This document shows positions 48,256 through 57,123 of a DNA stretch of 64,000 nt, in pieces. Source of the stretch: Planctomycetota bacterium (GTDB lineage: Bacteria > Planctomycetota > PLA2 > JAEUHO01). The position numbers were made by a program, and so were the translations under genes. The notes below the pieces were generated by a model. The model was not told the origin of the DNA and did no database searches. It was given only the letters and a program-made list of their open reading frames with translations. The stretch's first letter is position 1; every line of letters begins with the position of its first letter. Location: positions 1 through 64,000 of the forward strand of contig JBFWRP010000022.1 in assembly GCA_050248855.1 (NCBI GenBank), written 5' to 3'.

Positions 48256-48693
48256 GTGCCGCGCCGCGTCCTCGTCCTGGCCTTGGTCCTCGTGACCCTG
48301 CTGCTCGCAGGGGGCTGCCGCACGATGAAGCGCACGCTCACGATCGACAGCGTCCCCTCGGGCGCCACGATTTGGGTCAACGGCCAGAAGCAGGCCTCTC
48401 CGACCCCCGTGACCATCGACTTCACGTGGTACGGCTGGTGGGAGGTGCGCCTCGAGAAGGAGGGCTACCAAAGCCTCTCGACCGAGGTCCACGTGAAGAG
48501 CCGCCCGGACGGCTACCCGCTGATCGACCTGCCCTTGGAGCGCATCACGCCCGACTACCACGTGCGCCGCACGCTGCGCTTGGTGCCCCTGGACCCCGAT
48601 CCTCAGGAGGCCGACCTCCAAGCCGTCCGGGAGCGCGCCGAGGCCCTTCGCGACCGCGCCGGGGCCCCCCGGGTGCCGGGATCCACCCGGTGA
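48256..48693 (+). CDS. PEGA-domain lipoprotein
   Basis: Lipobox LAGG-C; LTIDSVPSGATIWVNG..TP..F.WYG..EVRLEKEGY. Confidence 0.85.
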   Translation: MPRRVLVLALVLVTLLLAGGCRTMKRTLTIDSVPSGATIWVNGQKQASPTPVTIDFTWYGWWEVRLEKEGYQSLSTEVHVKSRPDGYPLIDLPLERITPDYHVRRTLRLVPLDPDPQEADLQAVRERAEALRDRAGAPRVPGSTR

Positions 48694-50087
48694 TCCCCGA
48701 CGACCCTTCGCGGGCCGAACCGGACCTCGAGACCGCGTCGCTCGCGGGCCGCCTGGCGCTCGTGCTGGGCCTCGGGCGCTACGGCGGCGGCCTCGAGACC
48801 ACGCGCTTCCTGGTGGCCCAGGGCGCGCAGGTGCGCGTGGCCGACTCCGGCAGCCCGGAAGCACTCGCCGAGCCGGCCCAGGCCGTCCGCGACCTCGGGG
48901 CCGAGGTGGTGTTCGGCCCCCAGGATCCCGCGCTGCTGGAGGGCACGGACCTTGTGGTGGCGAGCCCCGCGATCCCCTTCGAGCACCCGCTGCTGCTCGA
49001 GGCGACACGCCAGGGCCTGCCCGTCACGACGGAGACCAACTTCGTCCTGGCCCGGGTGAAGGCCCCCGTCCTGGGGATCACCGGCACCAAAGGCAAGTCC
49101 ACGACCACGGCCCTGCTGACCGCCATGCTGCGGGCCGCCGGACGCCGCGTGCACCAGGGCGGCAACATCGGACACCCCCTCGTGGCCGAGTTGGACCGCA
49201 TCGCGCCGGGCGACCTCGTGGTGCTGGAGCTCTCCTCGTTCCAGCTCTGGTGGACACGACGCATCGAGCGTTCGCCCCACGTGACGCTCGTCACCAACCT
49301 GTTCCCCGAGCACCTGGACCGCCACGGCACGCTCGCGCACTACGCGCGCGCCAAGCGCGCGGCGCTCGACTACCACACCGCCGCCGACGTGGCCGTGCTG
49401 CCCGCGGACGACGACGCGGTGCGCAGCGCCGGCTGGCTCGATGCCGGCGAGGCCCGTCGGGTGCTCTGGGGTAGCGGTGGCGACATCGTGCTCGACACTG
49501 ACGATGTCGTGGGCCCGTTCGGTCGCGCGTCGCTCGAAGGGCTCCAGCTCTTCGGCGCCCACAACCGCCGAAACGCCCTGGCGGCCGCGGCCGCCGCCAG
49601 TGCCGTGCTCGACCACCCCGTGCCCGCCATCGAGCAAGGCGCCCGGGACACACGGCCACTCCCCCACCGCCTCCAGCCCGTCCACGAGGAAGGTGGCGTG
49701 TTGTTCGTGGACGACAGCAACAGCACGCATCCGCAAGCCGCGATCGCGGCCCTGCGCGCGTTCGACCGCCCCATCGTCCTGATCGCCGGCGGCAAGGACA
49801 AGGGTGCCGATCGCACGGCGCTCCTCGCCGCGATCCGCCAGCACACCCGCGCCGTGGTCGCCATCGGGACCACCGGCCCCGAGCTGGCGGCGGCACTGCC
49901 CGACCATCCCGTGACCGTTGTCACGGGCGCCATGTCCAATGCCGTGGACGCCGCGCGTCACCACGCCCGGCCCGGCGACGTGGTCCTCCTCTCGCCCGCG
50001 TTCTCGAGCCTCGACCAGTACGCGTCGTTTGCCGTGCGCGGGGAGGCGTTCCGCGAGGCGGCCGCCGCCTCGCCGAGGGCGTGCTAG
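48690..50087 (+). CDS. murD: UDP-N-acetylmuramoyl-L-alanine--D-glutamate ligase
   Basis: GLGRYGGG, SPAIP, GITGTKGKSTT, GGNIG, LELSSFQL, EHLDRH, PHRL, DDS, LIAGG.DKG, LLSPA.SSLDQY..F..RG. Confidence 0.93.
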   Translation: MIPDDPSRAEPDLETASLAGRLALVLGLGRYGGGLETTRFLVAQGAQVRVADSGSPEALAEPAQAVRDLGAEVVFGPQDPALLEGTDLVVASPAIPFEHPLLLEATRQGLPVTTETNFVLARVKAPVLGITGTKGKSTTTALLTAMLRAAGRRVHQGGNIGHPLVAELDRIAPGDLVVLELSSFQLWWTRRIERSPHVTLVTNLFPEHLDRHGTLAHYARAKRAALDYHTAADVAVLPADDDAVRSAGWLDAGEARRVLWGSGGDIVLDTDDVVGPFGRASLEGLQLFGAHNRRNALAAAAAASAVLDHPVPAIEQGARDTRPLPHRLQPVHEEGGVLFVDDSNSTHPQAAIAALRAFDRPIVLIAGGKDKGADRTALLAAIRQHTRAVVAIGTTGPELAAALPDHPVTVVTGAMSNAVDAARHHARPGDVVLLSPAFSSLDQYASFAVRGEAFREAAAASPRAC

Positions 50088-50097
50088 GCTCCCCCCC

Positions 50098-50604
50098 ATG
50101 GCCGGAGCGGTCTGCCAGCACTGCGGCGAAAACCCCGCCACCATCCACTTCACCGACATCAAGGACGATGAGCGGGTCGAGCTCCACGTCTGCGAAGAGT
50201 GCGCCGCCGCGCAGGGCATCACCAACGAGAGCGGGCTGCCCGGTGCCCTGGTCGGGATGGTCATGGCGGCCACCCGCGGTGCCTCCGCTTCCTCCCTCCA
50301 ATGCCCCCACTGCGGCATGACCTGGCGCGAGTTCCGAAAGCGCGGGCGGCTGGGCTGCCCCCACGACTACGAGGTCTTCGAGTCGGTCTTGGTACCGCTC
50401 TTGGCCAACATGCACCAGGGTGCGGACCGCCACGTGGGCCGCCTCCCCCACGGGCATGGCCCCGAGTCGATCAACCGCGGCGAGCGCTTGATGGACCTCC
50501 GCCGTCAGCTGACGACCGCCGTCGAGTCCGAGCGCTACGAACAGGCCGCCCGGCTCCGCGACGAGATCCGCACGCTCGAAGAGGGCGTCCGCGAGCAGAC
50601 ATGA
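50098..50604 (+). CDS. mcsA: Protein-arginine kinase activator (CxxC motifs and UVR domain)
   Basis: CQHC, CEEC, CPHC, GRLGCPHDY, AVESERYEQAARLRDEI; adjacent to mcsB. Confidence 0.92.
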   Translation: MAGAVCQHCGENPATIHFTDIKDDERVELHVCEECAAAQGITNESGLPGALVGMVMAATRGASASSLQCPHCGMTWREFRKRGRLGCPHDYEVFESVLVPLLANMHQGADRHVGRLPHGHGPESINRGERLMDLRRQLTTAVESERYEQAARLRDEIRTLEEGVREQT

Positions 50605-50614
50605 GCGCGAAGCC

Positions 50615-51673
50615 ATGAGCACCGTGGACCTGGCCGATCTCGAACACCGGGGCGGCGAGTGGCTGCGCGGGGGCGGCGTCCATGCCGACACCGTCATCTC
50701 CTCGCGCGTGCGCCTGGCCCGCAACATCGAAGGCTACGCCTTCGTCCCCCGCGCCAGCGAGGAGGTGCGCCAGTCCATCGTGGACCGCCTGAAGGAGCCG
50801 CTGGCCCAGCTCCAGCTCCAGACGCGCGGCTTCTACGTCGACATCGACAGCGCCAACGACCTCGACAGCGGATTCCTCGTCGAGCGCCACCTGATCAGCC
50901 GCGAGCTGCAAAACGGCACCGGCCCGCGGGGTGTGGCCTTCGGCAGCGACGAAGTGATCGCCATCATGGTCAACGAAGAGGACCACCTGCGCATCCAGGC
51001 GGTCAAGGCCAGCTTCGCCATCCGCGAGGCCTACGAGCGGGCCCTGCACATCGACCAGATGATGGAGCAGCAGGTGCCCTTTGCCGCCAGCGACCGCTGG
51101 GGCTACCTCACCTCCTGCCCCACCAACGTGGGCACGGGGCTTCGTGCCAGCGTCATGCTGCACCTCCCGGCCCTCGTCCAGATGAAGCAGGTCGAGAAGC
51201 TCTTCCACGCCACCAAGCACACGGGCCTCACCGTCCGCGGCTTCTACGGCGAAGGCACCATGGCTTCGGGCGACCTCTACCAGATCAGCAACCAGGTGAC
51301 GCTCGGCAAGGACGAGAACGCCATCCTCGAGGGCCTCGAGAAGATGCTCCCGGCGATCCTGCGCTACGAGGCCCGCTGCCGCGACGAGCTCCAGGCCCCC
51401 CGCCATCGCCTGAAGCTCGAGGACCGCTGCCACCGGGCCCTGGCCCTCCTTCGCAGCGCCCGCATGCTCTCCAGCGACGAGGCCATGCAGCAACTCTCCC
51501 TCGTCCGCCTGGGGCTGGTCCTTGGGGTGCTGGGCGGCATCGAGCTGGCCCGCGTCAATGAGCTGTTTGCGCTGGTCCAGCCGGCCCACGTCCAAAAACT
51601 GGCGGAGTCGGCGATGGAGAGCAGCGACCGCGATGCGGCCAGGGCGGCGTTGGTGCGGCGGGCGTTGGCTTGA
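50615..51673 (+). CDS. mcsB: Protein-arginine kinase
   Basis: ISSRVRLARN, ERHLIS, NEEDHLRIQ, GYLTSCPTNVGTGLRASVMLHLP, RGFYGEG, QISNQVTLG. Confidence 0.95.
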   Translation: MSTVDLADLEHRGGEWLRGGGVHADTVISSRVRLARNIEGYAFVPRASEEVRQSIVDRLKEPLAQLQLQTRGFYVDIDSANDLDSGFLVERHLISRELQNGTGPRGVAFGSDEVIAIMVNEEDHLRIQAVKASFAIREAYERALHIDQMMEQQVPFAASDRWGYLTSCPTNVGTGLRASVMLHLPALVQMKQVEKLFHATKHTGLTVRGFYGEGTMASGDLYQISNQVTLGKDENAILEGLEKMLPAILRYEARCRDELQAPRHRLKLEDRCHRALALLRSARMLSSDEAMQQLSLVRLGLVLGVLGGIELARVNELFALVQPAHVQKLAESAMESSDRDAARAALVRRALA

Positions 51674-51707
51674 GCGCCGCTAACGCAGGTGCTCCGCGAC
51701 GAGGCCG

Positions 51708-52616
51708 ATGAGAGCCGAGGCATCGATCAAGAAGGGCATCGTACTGGCAGGAGGAGCCGGTACGCGCCTCTATCCACTGACACTGGCCACGAGCAAGCAA
51801 CTGCTCCCAGTGCACGACAAGCCGATGGTGTACTACCCGCTATCGGTGCTGATGTTGGCCGGTCTGCGCGACATCCTGCTGATCAGTACGCCTCGCGACC
51901 TGCCTCTGTTCGAGCGGCTGCTCGGCGATGGCTCCAACTGGGGGATCCACATCCAGTACGCTCCTCAGCCGAAGCCGGGTGGCCTGGCGCAAGCGTTCTT
52001 GATTGGACGCGACTTCATCGGGAACGAAGGCGTCGCACTCATTCTTGGAGACAACATCTTCCACGGCAGCGGGTTCGTGCCGCTGCTGAGGTCCGCCGTT
52101 CACCGCGGGGAGGGAGCCACCGTGTTCGCCTACCAGGTAGGCGATCCGGAGCGGTACGGCGTCGTGGAGCTTGACGCAGGCGGTCGGCCCATGTCCATCG
52201 AGGAGAAGCCCCAACAGCCCAAGTCTTCGCTCGCCGTGACCGGGCTGTACTTCTACGACAACGAAGTCGTTCGCATCGCCGAAGGACTCGAGCCTTCTGC
52301 GCGTGGCGAGCTGGAGATCTCCGACGTCAATCGCACGTACTTGGAGCGGGGTCGGCTGCGCGTCGAGTGCCTCGGACGGGGCTTCGCCTGGCTTGATACG
52401 GGTACGCCGGAGTCACTGCTTCAGGCGGCCACGTACGTGCAAACTCTGGAAGAGCGCCAGAATCTCCGCATCGGCTGCCCTGAGGAAATCGCTTGGCGAA
52501 GTGGCTTCATTGACCAAGCACAGCTTCTGGCCCTGGCCGGACGGCAGACCGGTAGCTCGTACGGCACGTACCTGCGAGAATTGGCCGTTCACCCGCGTAC
52601 GTCTGCCATGCCGTGA
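51708..52616 (+). CDS. rmlA: Glucose-1-phosphate thymidylyltransferase
   Basis: [48 protein letters not shown]. Confidence 0.97.
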   Translation: MRAEASIKKGIVLAGGAGTRLYPLTLATSKQLLPVHDKPMVYYPLSVLMLAGLRDILLISTPRDLPLFERLLGDGSNWGIHIQYAPQPKPGGLAQAFLIGRDFIGNEGVALILGDNIFHGSGFVPLLRSAVHRGEGATVFAYQVGDPERYGVVELDAGGRPMSIEEKPQQPKSSLAVTGLYFYDNEVVRIAEGLEPSARGELEISDVNRTYLERGRLRVECLGRGFAWLDTGTPESLLQAATYVQTLEERQNLRIGCPEEIAWRSGFIDQAQLLALAGRQTGSSYGTYLRELAVHPRTSAMP

Positions 52617-52704
52617 GGTGCGGCGGCCCTCGGTGATTGACGATGACCTGACTGCGCATGGGTCACCCTGACGCCCTGAACTGCCCCCTGAGCTACCCAG
52701 CGCG

Positions 52705-53493
52705 CTATGGACGCAGGGCCATGTCTGCAATCACGTGGTCTGCTGCTCGGAGGCCCTCCATGCCCCGGGCGGCATCGTCGAGGGGGCGGGGCGTGTATCC
52801 GGCCTGCGCGAGGATCGCGCCAACCGCGCGCCCGATCTCGAGGCCGTGTGTCTCGATGAGCCAGCTCGCCGAGCCCTCTCCCAGGATGACCGCGGCGCCC
52901 GCGAGAGAGTCCACCTCTGCCCCTTCGATGTCCATCTTGATCAAATCAGGGGAGCCGTGCGTACGCGCCAGCTCATCCAGGGTCAGGAACTGAAGCGGTC
53001 CCTCACCCGACGCGTCCTGCGCGACCTTGGCAAGCGGGGATCCGGGGCGATCCGCTTGCAGCCTCCCCAAGCCCGTCGCGGCCCCGACGGCGGCATGCAC
53101 GGCCGTCAGCCGCAGGCCCGGGTTGAGCGTCGCTTGCTCGCGCAAGCTCTCGATGTTGGCCGGATCGGGATCGACTGCGATCACCTCACCCTCGGGGCCG
53201 ACGAGCCTGGCCAAGACGAGGCTGAAGAACCCGGCATTGGCGCCGATGTCGAAGACGCGCATCCCCGGACGCACGAGCCGCGCGAGAGCTGCTTGGACGT
53301 CGGGCTCGTAGATCCCGAGCCAGTAGCCGTTCACGTAGCGGTGGTGGCGACGCCACCGTAGTCCCGCCGCGTGGCCGTAGCGGATCGTGGTGACCGAGCC
53401 CTCGCGGTACAGAGAGCCGAGCCAGCGCAACACGCGACCGACGACCGGCGCGTGGGCCAGCCGCCTCACGAGGTTCCCGCTGCTGGGCACCAT
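52705..53493 (-). CDS. FkbM-family methyltransferase
   Basis: GGAGG SD; YWLGIYE, FDIGANAGFF, LIKMDIEGAE, IETH. Confidence 0.88.
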   Translation of the reverse strand: MVPSSGNLVRRLAHAPVVGRVLRWLGSLYREGSVTTIRYGHAAGLRWRRHHRYVNGYWLGIYEPDVQAALARLVRPGMRVFDIGANAGFFSLVLARLVGPEGEVIAVDPDPANIESLREQATLNPGLRLTAVHAAVGAATGLGRLQADRPGSPLAKVAQDASGEGPLQFLTLDELARTHGSPDLIKMDIEGAEVDSLAGAAVILGEGSASWLIETHGLEIGRAVGAILAQAGYTPRPLDDAARGMEGLRAADHVIADMALRP

Positions 53494-53580
53494 CCGTCCT
53501 CCCCCCGCACGATCGCCGCGCTGCGCATGAAGTCCAGCGGCAATTCGCCCCTGCACATGCGGCAAGTGCTCGGCGCGCGG

Positions 53581-54080
53581 CTAGGGCGTGTACGAGAACA
53601 GCTTCCTGAAGTAGCGGCCAAGGATGGCGAGCTTGAGCATGGCGAGGAAGGTCGCGGCAAGTTTCTCGAAGCGAGTCCCGATGCGGCGGCACTCCTTGAG
53701 CCAGTTGATGCATCGCTCCACGACGTTCCTGCGGCGGTAGGCTTCGCGGTCGAACGGCTTCTTGGCGGGCGGCTGATTGGAGCGGCGCGGGATGATCGCC
53801 TCGATCCGGCGGCGGGCGAGCCACTTGCGAATCCAGTCATAGCTGTAGCCCTTGTCGCCAGCCAGGCGGAGAGGCCGCCGACGCACCCCGCCCCGCGCTT
53901 GCACGATGCGTACGGCGTCCAGCGTGTCTTCGAAGGCACGGGACTCGTGCCGCTGCCCTGGCGTCACGGTCACCGCGAGAGGCAAGCCGTGGGAGTCCGT
54001 CACCACGTGCACCTTCGTGCCGAAACCGCCGCGAGAGCGGCCTAACGCCTGATCTTCGGGGGTTTGGTCCCCCCCTTTTT
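53581..54080 (-). CDS. IS5 transposase C-terminal ORF (OrfB), joined by -1 frameshift
   Basis: LGRSRGGFGTKVH, AGDKGY, YRRRNVVERCINWLK..RRI.TRFEK. The frame changes at AAAAAGGGGGGG (54069-54080, minus strand). The stop codon lies in the CTAG flank. Confidence 0.9.
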
Positions 54081-54503
54081 CGGCGCGCCGGCAGCGGCCT
54101 TCGCCGCTCGCACCGACGTGCCGTCGATGCACCAAAGTTCCCGGTCGATGCTGCCGTCTCGATCCAGCCGCGTCTGCAGCCTCGCCATCATCTGATCGAT
54201 GACACCGCTGCGCTCCCACGCACGAAACCGGAAGTACACCGTCGTCCACGGTCCGTAGCACTCCGGCAGGTCGCGCCATGGCGCTCCCGTGCGGAGGATC
54301 CAGAACACTCCGTTGAGCACCTGCCGAGGGTCTCTCGGCGGGCGACCCATGGTCTGTCGCGCAGGCAGGCAGTCGCGCACCGCCTCCCACGCCGCGTCGT
54401 CGATGTCGTGCCTTCCAACCATGTGGCCCTCCCATTGGAGGGCCGACCCGGGACAGGCGCCCAATACCTCTAGATCGGCTGTTTCAGACTTCTCGTACAG
54501 GCC
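53585..54503 (-). mobile_element. IS5-family (IS427-like) insertion sequence
   Basis: Terminal IRs ggcgtgtacgagaa (53585-53598) and ttctcgtacaggcc (54490-54503), 13/14 match. CTAG on both flanks (53581-53584, 54504-54507). Two-ORF DDE transposase. Confidence 0.93.
54042..54422 (-). CDS. IS5 transposase N-terminal ORF (OrfA)
   Basis: GRP..D.RQVLNGVFWILRTGAPWRDLPE.YGPW.TVY.RF..W; first catalytic Asp in IDGT. Confidence 0.9.
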   Translation of the reverse strand: MVGRHDIDDAAWEAVRDCLPARQTMGRPPRDPRQVLNGVFWILRTGAPWRDLPECYGPWTTVYFRFRAWERSGVIDQMMARLQTRLDRDGSIDRELWCIDGTSVRAAKAAAGAPKKGGTKPPKIRR

Positions 54504-54600
54504 CTAGCCGCCTCGCGCGACCCTACGCCGAGTATCTTGCTTGCGCGCCCCTGTCCGTGACAGGCCAGCGACCGCGGTCTGCATCGCGACGGAGCCCTGG

Positions 54601-55161
54601 ATGCCCTTCGAGTTCGAGCCCTTGGATCTGGCCGGCGTGGTGTTGGTACGCGCGCGGGTGATGGAGGATGCGCGAGGGCACTTCCTCGAGGCGTACAAGT
54701 GCTCGGCCTTCGAAGGGGCTGGTATCGCGGGGCCGTTCGTGCAGGAGAACGTGTCGCGCTCGGGGCGAGGCGTTCTGCGGGGCATCCACTACCAGCTCTC
54801 CCCCCATGCCCAGGGCAAGGTTGTGCAGGTGACGGCGGGGTCGGTGTTCGATGTGTGCGTGGACCTGCGGCGCGGCTCCCCGACGTTCGGCTCGTGGCTC
54901 GGACGCAGGCTGGACGCCGACCGGTACGAGATGCTCTACGTGCCGCCGGGGTTCGGACACGGCTTCGTGGTGCTGTCCGAGACTGCCGACGTCTCCTACC
55001 GCTGTACCGCCGAGTACGCGCCCGCGAGCGAGCGCGGCGTCCGCTGGGATGACCGGGATCTGGCGATCTCCTGGCCCGTCGCCGACCCGATCGTGTCCGC
55101 GAAGGATGCGGCGCTACCGCCGCTTCGCCAGGCCGAGGTGTTCGAGGCGCCGCAGCCGTGA
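54601..55161 (+). CDS. rmlC: dTDP-4-dehydrorhamnose 3,5-epimerase
   Basis: DARG.F.E, FVQEN.S.S..GVLRGIHYQ, VDLRRGSPTFG, PPGFGHGF, WDD. Confidence 0.96.
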   Translation: MPFEFEPLDLAGVVLVRARVMEDARGHFLEAYKCSAFEGAGIAGPFVQENVSRSGRGVLRGIHYQLSPHAQGKVVQVTAGSVFDVCVDLRRGSPTFGSWLGRRLDADRYEMLYVPPGFGHGFVVLSETADVSYRCTAEYAPASERGVRWDDRDLAISWPVADPIVSAKDAALPPLRQAEVFEAPQP

Positions 55162-56036
55162 TCTGGCTAACCGGCAGCAGCGGCCTGCTGGGCCGCGAGG
55201 TCGTGGGCCTCGCGGCGGCACGAGGGCTTCCGCTCCTGGGTCCAGGACAACGCGTGGACGTCACGGACCGCGAGGCGGTCCTGCGCTTCGCCGGCACACA
55301 CCGACCCCGGTGGATCCTGAACGGCGCGGCCTACACGGATGTCGACGGTGCGGAAAGGGAGGCAATCAAGGCGACCCACGTCAACGCCGAGGCTCCGGCG
55401 CATCTCGCCGAGGCGGCGGGCGAGGTCGGCGCCGTGCTGGTGCACGTGTCAACCGACTACGTGTTCGACGGGCAGAAGAAGGCGCCCTACACGGAGGACG
55501 ACGCCCCCGCCCCGCTCGGTGCCTACGGTCGCTCCAAGCGGGCCGGCGAGGAGGTCATCCGGGCTAGCGGCGTGCCGCACGTCATCGTTCGCACGTCCTG
55601 GCTCCACGGCCCCCTGGGCCGGAGCTTCGTGGGCACCGTGCTGGCCAAGATGCAACGCGGGGAGCCGCTGCGTGTGGTCGTCGACCAGCAGGGACGCCCG
55701 ACGTACGCGGAGGACTTGGCGGGCGTGCTGCTGGAGCTGACGCAGGCGGACACTGGGGTCTTCGGCACCTACCACGTGGCAGGACGCGGTGGCTGCACGT
55801 GGTTCGAGCTCGCCCTCGAGGTCCAACGTCACGCGCGGGCGATGGGACTTCTCGTGCACGACGTACCGATCGAGCCGGTCCCTGCCTCGACCCTCGCCTC
55901 GACCACTCTCCGTCCCGCCTACTCCGTGCTGTCCACGGATCGCATCGAAGCTGCCTTGGGGTGGCATCCGCGTCCCTGGCAGGATGGCGTGGCACGCCAT
56001 TTGGGACGCGTGCGGCCGGAACGCGGGAACCGATGA
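55158..56036 (+). CDS. rmlD: dTDP-4-dehydrorhamnose reductase
   Basis: TGSSGLLG, AAYTDVD.AE, HVSTDYVFDG, YGRSK..GE, VDQQGRPT, RPAYSVL. Confidence 0.95.
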   Translation: MIWLTGSSGLLGREVVGLAAARGLPLLGPGQRVDVTDREAVLRFAGTHRPRWILNGAAYTDVDGAEREAIKATHVNAEAPAHLAEAAGEVGAVLVHVSTDYVFDGQKKAPYTEDDAPAPLGAYGRSKRAGEEVIRASGVPHVIVRTSWLHGPLGRSFVGTVLAKMQRGEPLRVVVDQQGRPTYAEDLAGVLLELTQADTGVFGTYHVAGRGGCTWFELALEVQRHARAMGLLVHDVPIEPVPASTLASTTLRPAYSVLSTDRIEAALGWHPRPWQDGVARHLGRVRPERGNR

Positions 56037-57073
56037 GCGAGCGAGCCCTCCACAACGTGCTGGTCACCGGGGGCGCGGGCTTCATCGGGAGCAACTTCCT
56101 CGCCTACCTCCTGGCGCAGCCGGAATTCGAAGGGCGCGTCGTCAACGTCGACGCCCTGACCTACGCGGGAAACCCTGCCAACCTGGAAGGCCTTCGCGGC
56201 CATCCCCGCTACAGGTTCGAGCATGTCGACGTCCGCGATCGTGCAGCCCTCGACCGCGTGTTCGCGGAGCACGAGGTGGACACCGTGGTCCACTTGGCGG
56301 CGGAGAGCCATGTCGACCGGTCCATCGCGGCCCCGGCCGACTTCATCACGACCAACATCGTGGGGACGTTCCAGTTGCTGGAGGCTGCCCGGCAGGCATG
56401 GAGGGGGCGGCAGGACGTCCTGTTCCATCACGTGAGCACCGACGAGGTGTACGGATCGCTCGGGCCCGAGGGGCGCTTCACCGAGCGTACTCCATACGAC
56501 CCGCGCAGCCCGTACTCGGCATCGAAGGCTTCGGCCGATCACCTCGTGCGTGCCTATGCCCACACGTATGGCCTGCCGACAACGATCTCGAACTGCTCGA
56601 ACAACTACGGACCCTGGCAGTTCCCGGAGAAGCTTGTCCCGGTGGTGATCTTGGCCCTGCTCGAGGGCAAGCGCGTGCCCATCTACGGCGATGGTCTGTA
56701 CGTGCGCGACTGGCTGCACGTGCAAGACCATGCGAGTGCCCTGTGGACGGTGCTTCGTCGCTCGCCGGCGGGCGAGACGTGGAACGTGGGCGCCAACAAC
56801 GAGCGCACCAACCTGGAGATCGTCCAGATGCTCTGCGACATCGTGGCGGCGCGCCGGGGCATCGCGCCCGAAGGTCTGCGCAAGCTGATTCGCCATGTCC
56901 CGGATCGCCCGGGCCACGATCGGCGCTACGCCATCGACGGCAGCAAACTGAGTACGCGACTGGGTTGGTCGCCATCCATCGGGTTCGCCCGGGGCATCGA
57001 GACCACCGTCGATTGGTCCATGGACAATCTTGCATGGCTCCAGAGCGTCAGGGCCCGAGCAAGTCGCAGATAG
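56033..57073 (+). CDS. rmlB: dTDP-glucose 4,6-dehydratase
   Basis: VTGGAGFIGSNF, DALTYAGN, HLAAESHVDRSI, HVSTDEVYG, SPYSASKA, NCSNNYGP.QFPEK, DRPGHDRRYAID. Confidence 0.97.
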   Translation: MSERALHNVLVTGGAGFIGSNFLAYLLAQPEFEGRVVNVDALTYAGNPANLEGLRGHPRYRFEHVDVRDRAALDRVFAEHEVDTVVHLAAESHVDRSIAAPADFITTNIVGTFQLLEAARQAWRGRQDVLFHHVSTDEVYGSLGPEGRFTERTPYDPRSPYSASKASADHLVRAYAHTYGLPTTISNCSNNYGPWQFPEKLVPVVILALLEGKRVPIYGDGLYVRDWLHVQDHASALWTVLRRSPAGETWNVGANNERTNLEIVQMLCDIVAARRGIAPEGLRKLIRHVPDRPGHDRRYAIDGSKLSTRLGWSPSIGFARGIETTVDWSMDNLAWLQSVRARASRR

Positions 57074-57123
57074 CCGCTGGCGCAGGGGAGACGCCTCACG
57101 GCATCGCGCGTGGTGCGCATCCG

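Noticed and set aside
53581..54422. Transposase pseudogene
   Set aside because: The frame break falls at an A/G slippery run typical of IS427-group elements, and the DDE motifs, TIRs and target duplication are intact.
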